From: a virus
Virus record (IMG/VR): IMGVR_UViG_3300025133_000024
Length of the DNA stretch: 64,000 nt
Reading direction: 5' to 3' (one strand)
A program made the position numbers and the translations under genes. The notes under the pieces were generated by a model, which did no database searches, was not told the DNA's origin, and saw nothing but the letters and a program-made list of their open reading frames with translations. Numbering within the stretch: the first letter of the stretch is position 1; every line of letters starts with the position of its first letter. Below are positions 19,009 to 28,624 of this stretch, piece by piece.

Positions 19009-19186
19009 ACTTAAACCTCTTCCAGTGATTTTTCGTAACAGTTAATGACGAACTGTTTACATGGCACCTAACATAAGATGATGTAATTTCTAAAAAAAGA
19101 GGAGATTGTTCCTTTTCCTCAATAATTAATCGAAGTCCTGTAGGTGTTAGAACCAAAAGACCTTTGTTTTGCAAATTTTCATTCAT
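18983..19186 (-). CDS. Small paralog-family protein
   Basis: LQNKGLLVL, ends ILQYEN. Confidence 0.65.
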   Translation of the reverse strand: MNENLQNKGLLVLTPTGLRLIIEEKEQSPLFLEITSSYVRCHVNSSSLTVTKNHWKRFKYEILQYEN

Positions 19187-19916
19187 AAGGTTTTCTTAGA
19201 TTTCCTTGTTCATCTATCAATTCATAAGCAGTCACAGTATGTTCAAATTCTTTTAAGTTAATAACGCACTTGAGCATCTTATGAGCAATGTCTCTAATTT
19301 CCTTCTGGGAGTGGGTTGAATATCGCAATCTCACAAAATTCATGAAACTTCTCCAATTGAAACTAACATCGCAAATTAATTGCTTTGAATATGGTAACTT
19401 ATAACGAGAGGATTCTTTGGCTCTTTGTCTTGCTTGTTTTTTATTAAGACCTGTATCAATATAATATTTTGTTAATTCTTTTGTTAATCTATGATACTCT
19501 TCCAAACAATACTCACAAAATTCAACATGTTTTTTAATTTCCTTTTCAGGCCAATCTAAAGGAACATAAAATTTGTCGTCTGAGAGTTCTTTATAACGAG
19601 CACTAGAACTATTAGTTGAAATTCCGATACGATGTTTCAGTAGATGAATGTGAGAGGCAATGTCTGTTTCAATTTGGAAATGTAATAGAGACTTTTCAAA
19701 TGGTGTCTCATGTTTGTGTGATGCAAGATACTTGAGTAACTGAGCGGGGGTGTTTTTCTTTGTTTTTATAGTTTCCTCAAAAAGTTTCTCGACTCTTTCA
19801 TTCACTTGTTTTGGCAAATCTATCTCTAGTTCACTACTAGTTGAACACCATGCAGATAAACAATGTGCCTTGTCTCCTCCATAGTGCCCAATTAGTTCCA
19901 CATTATTATCATTCAT
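19179..19916 (-). CDS. thyX: Flavin-dependent thymidylate synthase
   Basis: HETPFE, HLLKHRIGISTNSSSARY (ThyX motif variant), NWRSFMNFVRLR, HSQKEIR. Confidence 0.92.
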   Translation of the reverse strand: MNDNNVELIGHYGGDKAHCLSAWCSTSSELEIDLPKQVNERVEKLFEETIKTKKNTPAQLLKYLASHKHETPFEKSLLHFQIETDIASHIHLLKHRIGISTNSSSARYKELSDDKFYVPLDWPEKEIKKHVEFCEYCLEEYHRLTKELTKYYIDTGLNKKQARQRAKESSRYKLPYSKQLICDVSFNWRSFMNFVRLRYSTHSQKEIRDIAHKMLKCVINLKEFEHTVTAYELIDEQGNLRKPYE

Positions 19917-20167
19917 TGTTCTTCTCCGTTAATGTAATATTTTTTTACACCCGATTCCCATAATCTAGATATATATACAAGATTTAACAAGTGTTGGATA
20001 TAGGCAGGATTATTTATATACACTGTTTTACTAAATTTTGTGACAACCAATGAAACCTGTTTATGACCGTCATCACTCAATATCAATTCAATTCCATCAA
20101 AATGTTCAAACAAAACACCTTTGTAAGATTCACTCTTCATACTCAAATATTCCTGCAAAACTATCAT
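19913..20167 (-). CDS. Small paralog-family protein
   Basis: YKGVLF, ends YYINGEEQ. Confidence 0.6.
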   Translation of the reverse strand: MIVLQEYLSMKSESYKGVLFEHFDGIELILSDDGHKQVSLVVTKFSKTVYINNPAYIQHLLNLVYISRLWESGVKKYYINGEEQ

Positions 20168-20357
20168 CTTCTTTCCATGCGTCTTTTAGAACATCAATGT
20201 TTCTTGTTCGCTTACCAATTGTAACTTCTCCTGTTTTATGAAAAAAATGAAGATATTTCTTGTTCGGCAGAGACAAAATAAATTGTGTTGTTGTTCCGTA
20301 TTTTCTTTCTGTGAGGAAAAGAACCATTAAACCTTTGCTCATTTTTTTATCATCCAT
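20130..20357 (-). CDS. Small paralog-family protein
   Basis: MSKGLMVLF, ends IFEYEE. Confidence 0.6.
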   Translation of the reverse strand: MDDKKMSKGLMVLFLTERKYGTTTQFILSLPNKKYLHFFHKTGEVTIGKRTRNIDVLKDAWKEDDSFAGIFEYEE

Positions 20358-20548
20358 TCTTGGTGTGACTGAGGGATATATAAAACTTCGACTGTATCTT
20401 CTTCTATAATCTCAACACAATTTGGTATGTCTTTCCAAATAACAATAGACTTGTTATTATGTTTACACAAGACCTTTCCAACAGTCTCATGAACCATATC
20501 AAATAAAATGTCATCTTCTTTTAAAACTCTATGGTCAAAGTTATTCAT
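20339..20548 (-). CDS. Small SH3-like hypothetical protein
   Basis: LKEDDILFD...VGKVL...IVIW. Confidence 0.6.
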   Translation of the reverse strand: MNNFDHRVLKEDDILFDMVHETVGKVLCKHNNKSIVIWKDIPNCVEIIEEDTVEVLYIPQSHQEWMIKK

Positions 20549-20747
20549 TTTGTTCTAAAACTCCTTTTGAGTATAATCTTAATTCACTTAAATTGGCATT
20601 CCTAACTCTTATTATTCTAGAATTTCCTGTAATAGTGGAAACCCAAAATAAATTCGTCAAATCTGGCTGCTTTTTATCATAAATCAATATCCAGAAAGAA
20701 CGGCCATTGTTATTAATTAACAATTTTCCATGATTTTCAATCTTCAC
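20541..20747 (-). CDS. Small paralog-family protein
   Basis: HGKLLI, FWILI, LYSKGVLEQNE. Confidence 0.55.
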   Translation of the reverse strand: MKIENHGKLLINNNGRSFWILIYDKKQPDLTNLFWVSTITGNSRIIRVRNANLSELRLYSKGVLEQNE

Positions 20748-20775
20748 CTATTTCTCCATCTTTCTCTCATGTTGT

Positions 20776-20991
20776 TTATCTATAAGCCAATATTTGACTC
20801 TCTCTTACAGAATCGAACCAATGCCTTATGCTCTCTCCTTCATTACACCAAATTTCACTTCTATCAAAAACATTTCCATGTATCATTATATCGAGAAAAT
20901 ACGGGGATAAAGAGCTATTATCATGCCCGATATATAATAACAATGAATTTCTATACAACAAAGTTGAACCATAGCGTTTATCTTTATTCAC
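20776..20991 (-). CDS. Small paralog-family protein
   Basis: YGSTLLY, LLLYI, ends ILAYR. Confidence 0.55.
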   Translation of the reverse strand: MNKDKRYGSTLLYRNSLLLYIGHDNSSLSPYFLDIMIHGNVFDRSEIWCNEGESIRHWFDSVRESQILAYR

Positions 20992-21070
20992 TTAGACCAT
21001 CTCCAGATAACAATTGTTGAAAATAAAAGTGAAAAAAATGACAATAGAGGGACATATAATAAAATATTCA

Positions 21071-21364
21071 TTATTTTGTTAACTTTCCTATAACAAAATT
21101 ATCAGAAACAAAAGTGTTGTTTTTAAAGGTATTAACACCATTTGACATAACAAGAATCACATCACCCTCTTGATACTTGATGTATAAAGACTCTGGGAAA
21201 GCTACAATCTCACAAACAAGATATTGTTCAGGTGACTGAGAGGGTGGTTTTTCTAATTTTAATAATGTTGATGACTCCTCCTTTGTTTCTTCCAAAATCT
21301 TAACTCGAATATTGTTTTTCATTGGTTGTAAAATCAATTCATCAAACTTCATCTTTTTCTCCAT
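21071..21364 (-). CDS. groES: GroES-like co-chaperonin
   Basis: LQPMKNNIRVK, mobile-loop-like segment, EIVAF, EGDVILV, FVIGKL. Confidence 0.7.
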   Translation of the reverse strand: MEKKMKFDELILQPMKNNIRVKILEETKEESSTLLKLEKPPSQSPEQYLVCEIVAFPESLYIKYQEGDVILVMSNGVNTFKNNTFVSDNFVIGKLTK

Positions 21365-21542
21365 ATATTAAGAATTGTGCCCAATTATATTCTTCCCATT
21401 TTTCAATCGTTTGTTTTCCCAATTGAGTTTTCCCAATATCAATACCGTTGGAACTTATGTATAACTTCGTATACCATGTTTTGTTTCTTTTTAAGACAAG
21501 TACAAAAGAATTTCTCACAAGAATCATATCACCCTTTTTCAT
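21342..21542 (-). CDS. Small paralog-family protein
   Basis: MKKGDMILV, ends LIYGEKDEV. Confidence 0.7.
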   Translation of the reverse strand: MKKGDMILVRNSFVLVLKRNKTWYTKLYISSNGIDIGKTQLGKQTIEKWEEYNWAQFLIYGEKDEV

Positions 21543-21808
21543 TTCAAACCTTCCGAAACAGTTTCATATACACTTTGAAGTTGGTCAACATCAATCTCAT
21601 CTTTAAACAACCTCCATGCCTTTGTTAACACTTTGATTTCATCCTTGTCCAGCCAATTATTGGAAACATAACTTTCTCTCAGGTCTTTTTTATGTTCCCG
21701 AAGAAGTTTTAATTCCTCTTCAACAGCATTTAAAGAACGAATATAATCAACCATCCTTTCATCTTTACTTTTTGTTTTTTCTTCTGTTTTTTTAGTATCG
21801 TTTTTCAT
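21539..21808 (-). CDS. Small coiled-coil DNA-binding protein (T4 DsbA / GapR-like)
   Basis: Coiled coil ...LREHKKDLRESY...LDKDEIKVLTKAWRL. Confidence 0.5.
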   Translation of the reverse strand: MKNDTKKTEEKTKSKDERMVDYIRSLNAVEEELKLLREHKKDLRESYVSNNWLDKDEIKVLTKAWRLFKDEIDVDQLQSVYETVSEGLK

Positions 21809-21809
21809 T

Positions 21810-22118
21810 TTAGTTTTTCTCCTTTTTATATTTACACACTATTACTTTGGACTTATCCCAACAACTATTATTCGATGATTTTGTTAAAAAAAGACGTTTG
21901 TTGTTGAAGTGATTATTGATGCACAAAAGCTGACTAGATAATTCACCCTTTTTTAACAAAATGTTTAATATATTATTTTCACACAAAATCATGTCACCCC
22001 TTGATAATTCGCTCTTTAATACTTTTTCCATTTTCCAAAGCCCCCAGTTTTCATTAAAATTATAGTAATGTTCCACATCCTTAATAGATAAACGCCCATA
22101 ATTCATTTCTATCATCAT
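21810..22118 (-). CDS. Small paralog-family protein (true start probably internal)
   Basis: LSRGDMIL...ILL, ends CKYKKEKN. Confidence 0.55.
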   Translation of the reverse strand: MMIEMNYGRLSIKDVEHYYNFNENWGLWKMEKVLKSELSRGDMILCENNILNILLKKGELSSQLLCINNHFNNKRLFLTKSSNNSCWDKSKVIVCKYKKEKN

Positions 22119-22209
22119 TATAGAAAAGTCTTTTTCTTTCAGAAATATTAGAATCTCTTTCGTATTCTTTTATTGCCATATCACCCTTTTTCAGTTCTTT
22201 ACCCTTCAT
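22081..22209 (-). CDS. Truncated paralog-family protein (42 aa)
   Basis: My translation MKGKELKKGDMAIKEY...LWAFIY*; RBS GAGGAAAG upstream. Confidence 0.5.
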   Translation of the reverse strand: MKGKELKKGDMAIKEYERDSNISERKRLFYNDDRNELWAFIY

Positions 22210-22235
22210 CACTTTCCTCGTATTTCAATAATTAC

Positions 22236-22283
22236 AAAAACGGCGCTCAGGTCTAATATAACCATTCGAGCGCCGTTTGTCAA
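22236..22283 (-). promoter_or_regulatory. Sigma70-type promoter embedded in terminator hairpin downstream of nrdJ
   Basis: TTGACA (22283-22278), 17 bp, TATATT (22260-22255); IR aaacggcgctc/gagcgccgttt with T run on minus. Confidence 0.75.
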
Positions 22284-22311
22284 GGATTTGTTATTTAAAA
22301 AAATATTTCTT

Positions 22312-25293
22312 TTATATTACTTCACAAGAACCACCAGCACATGCTAGTTCACCTTGTAAGTCTGTATTATCTTCTACTTCGATAATTTTTGTTATATCAA
22401 TGTTTTTCAGTTTTCCAAAAAGGGTTTTGTACATTTCCTCTGAACATTCCTCTAATGGAGCCTGAATATAAGTTCCGCCATCCCAAGGAAGAACCGATAA
22501 ACCATTAAATCCATCTCTATTGTCCCATAACCAATCACCAACCATATCCCATTCTTCAGGTCTAACAGAAATTGTTGCTGAAACGTTGTCTGTGTTTTGA
22601 CCTTTTCTATGTCCTATTCTAACCCATTCTTTATGAAACTTCAACACCCTCTCAAGAAAGTCTTTTGTTTCCTCCTCTGTTCTAAAAATAGCTGTTGTAG
22701 GTGACTTCATGGGAATCGAAATAACTGCCTGTAAGTGTGGCTTAAAATAATCGTCTTCAATTAATTCGGGATGGTTTTGTTTTAGATAGCCATAGATTGC
22801 TTCATTTTTACCAACACGAACTCTTCTAATATAATAAGGAGAATGCCAAGGGTGAATGCCTGAAGATGTTCCCGCAATAAGAGAGACTGTTCCTTCAGGT
22901 TTAATGACACAACTTCTTGCAGAAATGTTGATGCCCAATAATTTAGCAACTCTCCTATTTTCTTCTAAAACTATGTTTGCTCCTTGTTCAATATCCAAAG
23001 CCAAGACTTGACCAGAACAAATTCCTGTCATGGAAACGCCCAATAAAGCTTCTTTCTCAGTGTTTCGTTTCCATATGTCTCTGAGGTAGTGGAAGTCTGT
23101 ATATGATGCTTGAAGCGTTCCAATAAAAGCAGCAGCCTTGCACATTTGATTAAAATCTTGTTGAGAGTAAGCTTTTGAAGAATCAAATGTTGTTAGGTTG
23201 CAAAATTGAAAGGGTTTTAGGCTCTTTTCATTGCAATTATGAGATACAACACCAGAATCTATAAATGCATGTGAGTCATCTAAAACCTCAATATCATAAA
23301 CATCTTCAAAAGAATAATCTTTTTCAATCGACAGCACTTTTATTTCTATACGAAGATAATCACCAACTTGTAATTCATCAATCCTTTTCCAGTTTCCATC
23401 TACATCTTTGTGTAAATGATTTTTTGTACCATAAAGATACATGCCGTTTGATAATTTAATTCTCCACACTCCTTTGTTTTTGCCAGTTAAAAAGGGTTTT
23501 TTGGCTTTTAAAACCTTACCATTTTCACCAATAATATTGAAAGTCTCGTTGGGTAGCTTCATTGCTTCTCTAAAAGTTATATACCCTTTTGGGGTTAAAA
23601 TTAGCGAATTAAGAGGTTTACACGGGTTAATACCCATATCCTGATTATGACTAAAATATATTCCTGGTTCACCTGTGTTGTTATTTTTTATCTTTTCCCA
23701 AAATGTTTTAAACTCTGGTTCCTCTATCCTATGTCTCAAAATAACAGCCGAATTATTTGACCTTGCTCTATGAGGATGTTTTTCATACCATTTTCCAAAT
23801 TTGGAAGAAATCATGTCTTCATCATCAAAAGAAAACAAAGAAATGCAAGCAGAATTATGAACCAACAAGCCACCATATACAAACATTTCTTCATCTTTAA
23901 CCGAAATATCGTATGTTCTTTTGACTTCACCTTTTGATATATTGTTTATACATACCGGATAAAATTCATTCAAAGTCTCTACAAAAGAATCAACAAAACA
24001 TAAACTACAAACATTTTGTCCATTCATGTTTATTGGTTTTGATGAAACAACTTTACAAGGAATACCCAGAGATTTAACCAAAAAAGAAACGTCCGTTAGA
24101 AACTCCTCATGTACAGAACTTATTATCGGCCCTTGTTTATCTTTTGTTTCTAATTTGGAAAGAACATCAACGCCTAATAATCCCGTAAGAAATGATATTC
24201 TAGTTTCTTCCTTGCCTTTCATTACAAAATCAGGAACTCTTAAGGTGTTGTTGCCAAAAGACCGTGATAATGATTCAACCTCATTCTTTACTTCCAGTAT
24301 TTCCCTTGAAAAATACAAAGCATCTTTTTTTGTAAGTTCATCAGCACGTTTCCATGTCACATCTCCATCTAAAGAATTCACAACGGCCCAACGATGTTCT
24401 GGTGTTGAAAAATATGTTCCGACTTGTGTATCAAGCTCTAGTAATTGTTTTTCTCCTGTATATTGTTTTGCAGTTACAGGTGACATTCCTGACTTTGTTT
24501 GCACTAATGTTCCAAGTTTTATATCTTTTATCTTTTCTAAACCATTTTCTGTATGAATTAAGCTATTCTCTTCCAGGCATCTTCTAATCCCCCCTGATAA
24601 TACTGCATCTGCAATATAACAAAGAATATCATGACACTCTAAAGTCGTTAACTTTTCACCTGTTCGCTTTGGTTCCAAAATCTTTTTAATGTTATGTAAG
24701 CAATCATGTAAAGGTTGAGGACCAGGAGCTTTACCACCAGATGTAATAAGTTTAGCTCCTTTCTCTCTAATATCTGAATAATCGAAGACAACAGTGGATT
24801 TACCCAAAAAATAAGATTTTAGTAAAACTTTGATAGCATCTGACCATCCTTCAATAGAATCACCAATGACATATTTTCTTTTTCTATCTTTTGGTCTATT
24901 GATTTCTGGTAATTTATCGACATGTTGTTTTTGAACAGAATATCCGACACCACACCCAGAAAGCAAAAGAAACATTGTTTCTGAGAAGGCTCTATAGTCG
25001 TCAATAGGAAGAAAACAACAGTTATAGAGTCTTGCGTTGTTAATTTCTATGGGTTTACCGGCAAATTGTATGGACCTCATTGATGGAAAGACTTTCTTTT
25101 GATACACCATTTCAAACGCAGCATCAATTTCTTTTTTAAGAAACGGATAGCGTTTTATGTGCATCATTTTGTTTCTGTCAATTGTTTCTTCCCAGGTTTC
25201 TCTTCTTTGTATTTCTGATAGATATTTGGCATATTTCATGTGATGCACAATATCGGACATTATTTCTATTGAGGTGTTTTCTTTTAAATTCAT
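22312..25293 (-). CDS. nrdJ: Class II (B12-dependent, monomeric-type) ribonucleotide reductase with two inteins
   Basis: NCCF, SGGIRR|SA, NP|CNE, FCNL, KPEGTVS, NVSATIS, C-terminal ACAGGSCE. Confidence 0.93.
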   Translation of the reverse strand: MNLKENTSIEIMSDIVHHMKYAKYLSEIQRRETWEETIDRNKMMHIKRYPFLKKEIDAAFEMVYQKKVFPSMRSIQFAGKPIEINNARLYNCCFLPIDDYRAFSETMFLLLSGCGVGYSVQKQHVDKLPEINRPKDRKRKYVIGDSIEGWSDAIKVLLKSYFLGKSTVVFDYSDIREKGAKLITSGGKAPGPQPLHDCLHNIKKILEPKRTGEKLTTLECHDILCYIADAVLSGGIRRCLEENSLIHTENGLEKIKDIKLGTLVQTKSGMSPVTAKQYTGEKQLLELDTQVGTYFSTPEHRWAVVNSLDGDVTWKRADELTKKDALYFSREILEVKNEVESLSRSFGNNTLRVPDFVMKGKEETRISFLTGLLGVDVLSKLETKDKQGPIISSVHEEFLTDVSFLVKSLGIPCKVVSSKPINMNGQNVCSLCFVDSFVETLNEFYPVCINNISKGEVKRTYDISVKDEEMFVYGGLLVHNSACISLFSFDDEDMISSKFGKWYEKHPHRARSNNSAVILRHRIEEPEFKTFWEKIKNNNTGEPGIYFSHNQDMGINPCKPLNSLILTPKGYITFREAMKLPNETFNIIGENGKVLKAKKPFLTGKNKGVWRIKLSNGMYLYGTKNHLHKDVDGNWKRIDELQVGDYLRIEIKVLSIEKDYSFEDVYDIEVLDDSHAFIDSGVVSHNCNEKSLKPFQFCNLTTFDSSKAYSQQDFNQMCKAAAFIGTLQASYTDFHYLRDIWKRNTEKEALLGVSMTGICSGQVLALDIEQGANIVLEENRRVAKLLGINISARSCVIKPEGTVSLIAGTSSGIHPWHSPYYIRRVRVGKNEAIYGYLKQNHPELIEDDYFKPHLQAVISIPMKSPTTAIFRTEEETKDFLERVLKFHKEWVRIGHRKGQNTDNVSATISVRPEEWDMVGDWLWDNRDGFNGLSVLPWDGGTYIQAPLEECSEEMYKTLFGKLKNIDITKIIEVEDNTDLQGELACAGGSCEVI
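23236..23622 (-). mobile_element. Mini-intein 2 (129 aa) at the thiyl-radical Cys
   Basis: Begins CKPLNSLILT, TKNH block B, VYDIEV, ends SHN followed by Cys. Confidence 0.92.
23854..24579 (-). mobile_element. Intein 1 (242 aa) with degenerate endonuclease remnant
   Basis: Begins CLEENSLIHT, TPEH block B, TYDISV block F, ends VHN followed by Ser. Confidence 0.92.
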
Positions 25294-25305
25294 ACAAACT
25301 TTCCT

Positions 25306-26691
25306 TTACGCAATGTTGCTTCCACTTAAACTTCTAAAATTACTATATTTTTCCATTAACGACTTACCACTTTCCATAGAGGCTTTCTTTAGAATGTCTT
25401 CGATACTTTCTTCAGTCTGTTCAAACACTCTAATATCAATATTTGCTAACCTCATGTACATTGGTAAGATAATTCCATCTAAACCATTTCTATTTTTCGC
25501 AACGAACATTCTTGCTTCGTTTTTTTCTCTATCTTTGACTGTGCTTGAAATGCAACAAATGAAATCAGCAATAAAACATTTGTTAAATGCTTCAGAAATA
25601 GATTCCATTGTCACAATTGCTGCATTAAGACCTGAGCGGTTGGTTTGTGTTGGAACCCACATTGCAGAATTAAAGTTTTTTGCAATTCCTCTCAGGTCTT
25701 CAAAAATTGAACCAAGGTTGTGACGAACTTCGCCTGTATTTTGATTTGGTTTTAGAATATCACCATAATCAACAAGAATCAAGTCTGGTTCAAAACCTGA
25801 AACTCTTAGTTTTTCAAGGTGATTTTTTAATGTCTGAGGAGAGGCTTGTTTGGTGGGATATTCTTTGATTATTAATTGACCGGGGATGTTTTGAATTTTT
25901 TCCAAAACTTGTTCTTTGTGTTTTCTCAAGTCATTAATGTCAATACCTGTTAATCTTGAATCAAATCTGTTCCCAACAACAACATCCGATAATTCAAGAG
26001 TATAATAAACAACATTGAACCCCAATTTTAACGCATGAGCACCCATACACACCAACTGCATGGACTTTGAACCACCAGTTGGAGCAATAATAACTCCTAA
26101 CTCTCCCCTTCCATGACCTCCATTCATCACTTTGTTTAGTGAATCCCAAGGAGTTGGAATGACATCTCGACTTTGAAATTCAAACCTTTTTTCGAAATCC
26201 TTTAGATAATCATACCCAAAATTATTATCCTGTCCTAGTTTTAAAGCCGAATTAATGATTTGTGCAATTTCATCAAATGAAGATTTTTGCAAAAGCCTTG
26301 AAGACTTTATCATTGCTTCCTTCATCTTTTGTTTTTTGCAAAAATCCAAAGACTTATCTTTAATATAAAACAAATCCGAATCTTCAACTTGTGTCTCATT
26401 CACTGTTTCAAAAAACTTATGAATTTGCTTGTTGACAGATGACTCTTCAGAATATTCAGTTTTTAAAATTGTTTCAATTGTGCTATGGGAGGGATGGATT
26501 GAATAATGCTCTTTGTGTTTAAAAATAATCCTCACAAACTCTTGAAGATATTTTAATTCAAAAAACTCAATTGTTAAAACTTCAGAAATTTGCTCACAAA
26601 AAGCTCTATCGTTTAACATGATATGAACAAGGCGTTCCTGAAAGGAACGCCCAAATGTAGAAAAACTAACATTTTCTTCGGAAAAAAACAT
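25306..26691 (-). CDS. DnaB-like replicative helicase
   Basis: Walker A APTGGSKS, YYTLEL, LVDYGD, PTQTNRSG, VAKNRNG. Confidence 0.93.
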   Translation of the reverse strand: MFFSEENVSFSTFGRSFQERLVHIMLNDRAFCEQISEVLTIEFFELKYLQEFVRIIFKHKEHYSIHPSHSTIETILKTEYSEESSVNKQIHKFFETVNETQVEDSDLFYIKDKSLDFCKKQKMKEAMIKSSRLLQKSSFDEIAQIINSALKLGQDNNFGYDYLKDFEKRFEFQSRDVIPTPWDSLNKVMNGGHGRGELGVIIAPTGGSKSMQLVCMGAHALKLGFNVVYYTLELSDVVVGNRFDSRLTGIDINDLRKHKEQVLEKIQNIPGQLIIKEYPTKQASPQTLKNHLEKLRVSGFEPDLILVDYGDILKPNQNTGEVRHNLGSIFEDLRGIAKNFNSAMWVPTQTNRSGLNAAIVTMESISEAFNKCFIADFICCISSTVKDREKNEARMFVAKNRNGLDGIILPMYMRLANIDIRVFEQTEESIEDILKKASMESGKSLMEKYSNFRSLSGSNIA

Positions 26692-26734
26692 ATAAACACC
26701 AAATACTTACAATAATACACAATACGACTTTTTA

Positions 26735-26908
26735 CTAAATATGAATATAACCAAAATCTGTACGAATGTGAACAAACCTGCATCTATTCGATTTACAAAT
26801 CTTTAAAGCCCTTTTGTGTTTATAATACAAAGGACTGTCTTCAATTATTAAATAATAACCTCTATCTCTAGCTACAAGGTCACCCTTTTTGAATTCTTTA
26901 TCTTTCAT
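26735..26908 (-). CDS. Small paralog-family protein (57 aa, below track cutoff)
   Basis: My translation MKDKEFKKGDLVARDRGYYLIIE... Confidence 0.65.
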   Translation of the reverse strand: MKDKEFKKGDLVARDRGYYLIIEDSPLYYKHKRALKICKSNRCRFVHIRTDFGYIHI

Positions 26909-27023
26909 GACTTCTTTTTACACAAAATTCGTAACCAAACCACAAAACCCACAATACACCACCTAACATAAACAAATCAAAGAATAAAGCAATAATTTCT
27001 GCAAAACTTAAAACATGAATCAT
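26898..27023 (-). CDS. 41-aa membrane peptide
   Basis: My translation MIHVLSFAEIIALFFDLFMLGGVLWVLWFGY...; TAATG overlap with upstream ORF. Confidence 0.5.
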   Translation of the reverse strand: MIHVLSFAEIIALFFDLFMLGGVLWVLWFGYEFCVKRSHER

Positions 27024-27124
27024 TATTCAAATAACTCCCCAAGCCATTTCCAAATATCTGTAAAAACAAACAAAAAGATAATTATTGCAAAAATAATCAA
27101 AATGCCAATTTCATGGCAATTCAT
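27023..27124 (-). CDS. 33-aa membrane peptide
   Basis: My translation MNCHEIGILIIFAIIIFLFVFTDIWKWLGELFE; GGAAGAG RBS upstream. Confidence 0.5.
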   Translation of the reverse strand: MNCHEIGILIIFAIIIFLFVFTDIWKWLGELFE

Positions 27125-27353
27125 CTCTCTCTTCCTTTTTGTATATTAAATACTTTTTTGTTGTATTAACAACTGCATTCATTCCATCAGAACAGTAATT
27201 TTTTAAAGTAAAAAGTTCTTTTTCAATAAACAAAACATCAAGCGCTTCCTTTTTATTGTTTGTTATTAATCTAACTCTTCCCATACCAAGCACAACATCT
27301 CCCTTATCAAAATTTAAGCGAACCTTTTGATTACATTGTTTAAGATTCCCCAA
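27111..27353 (-). CDS. Small paralog-family protein
   Basis: FDKGDVVLG, LIYKKEERDE. Confidence 0.6.
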   Translation of the reverse strand: MGNLKQCNQKVRLNFDKGDVVLGMGRVRLITNNKKEALDVLFIEKELFTLKNYCSDGMNAVVNTTKKYLIYKKEERDELP

Positions 27354-28258
27354 TTTTCATTAATCCCCACATTTTTCATTGTTTTTAAAAATTCAATCTG
27401 ATTAAAAGACTTAATCCCAGACAAACACTCAACAAACTCATCAACTCTCTGATTATTCTGAAAAGATACTCTAGGATGATACAACTGCATTATGTGATAA
27501 TTACCCTCAACATCATCCTGACACTCCAACACCTTCCTATAAGATAAACCATCCTTCTCCCCAGACAAAAACTCACACTTCTCAATCATATCAGAAAAAG
27601 AAAAATAATCCTCTTTTAGAAGCTCAGGAAACTTCTTATTCAAGGTCTTGATACCTACACCCTTGACGCCTCTCAAATTGTCACTAGCGTCTCCTAAAAT
27701 GGCTCTAGCGAGGGCGAAGTTGTTTGGGTGGATGGAGAATTGCTTCATGACATCTTTTGTGTTAACAAATTCTTTTTGTGTGGGTCTATAGATAATTGTT
27801 TTTGAGTTTGTTAATTGGTAAAAGTCTTTATCGGCAGAGACAATGATTTTTTGTTTGTTTGGTAATTTTTTGCAAAGAAGGGAAATAATGTCATCCGCTT
27901 CTAAATCATCAATAACAATCTGATAAACTGGCAAATGATTTAAAATCTCTATCAACTTTATTTGCTGCCATAGTCTATTCTGGTCTTTTTGACTTTGGTC
28001 CAAAAAATCAATGTTTCTGTTTAAAGATAAAGGTTTCCTTCCAGATTTATATTGTTTGTTAATTGATTTTCTATAACTTGAACCCCTCGCTCCATCCCAC
28101 ACAATAATTGATTTTTCTGGTGTTAGGTCTCTTAAGACTTTTTGTAAAGACTTTAAAAATCCTTTTATTCCACCAATTGGCTCTCCTTCTGAGTTGATTG
28201 AAGGGTCAACAACATAAGAAGATATAAATCTATTATTTCCGTCCATTATCATTATCAT
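27314..28258 (-). CDS. 5'-3' exonuclease / RNase H (PolI N-terminal, FEN-like)
   Basis: MDGNN, VWDG, EADDII, SADKDFYQL, GDASDNLRGVKGVG. Confidence 0.93.
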   Translation of the reverse strand: MIMIMDGNNRFISSYVVDPSINSEGEPIGGIKGFLKSLQKVLRDLTPEKSIIVWDGARGSSYRKSINKQYKSGRKPLSLNRNIDFLDQSQKDQNRLWQQIKLIEILNHLPVYQIVIDDLEADDIISLLCKKLPNKQKIIVSADKDFYQLTNSKTIIYRPTQKEFVNTKDVMKQFSIHPNNFALARAILGDASDNLRGVKGVGIKTLNKKFPELLKEDYFSFSDMIEKCEFLSGEKDGLSYRKVLECQDDVEGNYHIMQLYHPRVSFQNNQRVDEFVECLSGIKSFNQIEFLKTMKNVGINENWGILNNVIKRFA

Positions 28259-28460
28259 ATCTTAATAACTCTCCAAAATTACACTCAGTCCAACCTATTG
28301 AATAAACTTTCTCTTCTATACCTCTTTTAGAATATATTTTTTCAAACCCAAAAGTTATTCCGTTGTCCAATAAAATCAACAACCTTTCAGACTTACCTTC
28401 ATGAAATGGGTAATTATCTTCTTTAATCAAAAACATGTCACCCTTCATCACTTTCCTCAT
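28233..28460 (-). CDS. Small paralog-family protein
   Basis: MKGDMFLI, LLRYDNDNG. Confidence 0.65.
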   Translation of the reverse strand: MRKVMKGDMFLIKEDNYPFHEGKSERLLILLDNGITFGFEKIYSKRGIEEKVYSIGWTECNFGELLRYDNDNGRK

Positions 28461-28623
28461 ATTTTAAGTTTTGATAAAAACGATTATCGAAAACATACAC
28501 ACCATCAATAGAACGTTGAAAAATGAAAAGCTTCTTTTTGAACTTAAAGCTTAAGATTCTAGAAGGACCAAGACGAAGATGAAGTGCTGGGTAATTTCTC
28601 GAAATTGATAATGTTCCTTTCAT
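28438..28623 (-). CDS. Small paralog-family protein
   Basis: MKGTLSIS, ends LKYEESDEG. Confidence 0.6.
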   Translation of the reverse strand: MKGTLSISRNYPALHLRLGPSRILSFKFKKKLFIFQRSIDGVYVFDNRFYQNLKYEESDEG

Positions 28624-28624
28624 T

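Noticed and set aside
26060-26100. Helicase Walker A variant GGSKS as inactivation
   Set aside because: The catalytic Lys-Ser and other DnaB motifs are intact; a single substitution is not enough to claim loss.
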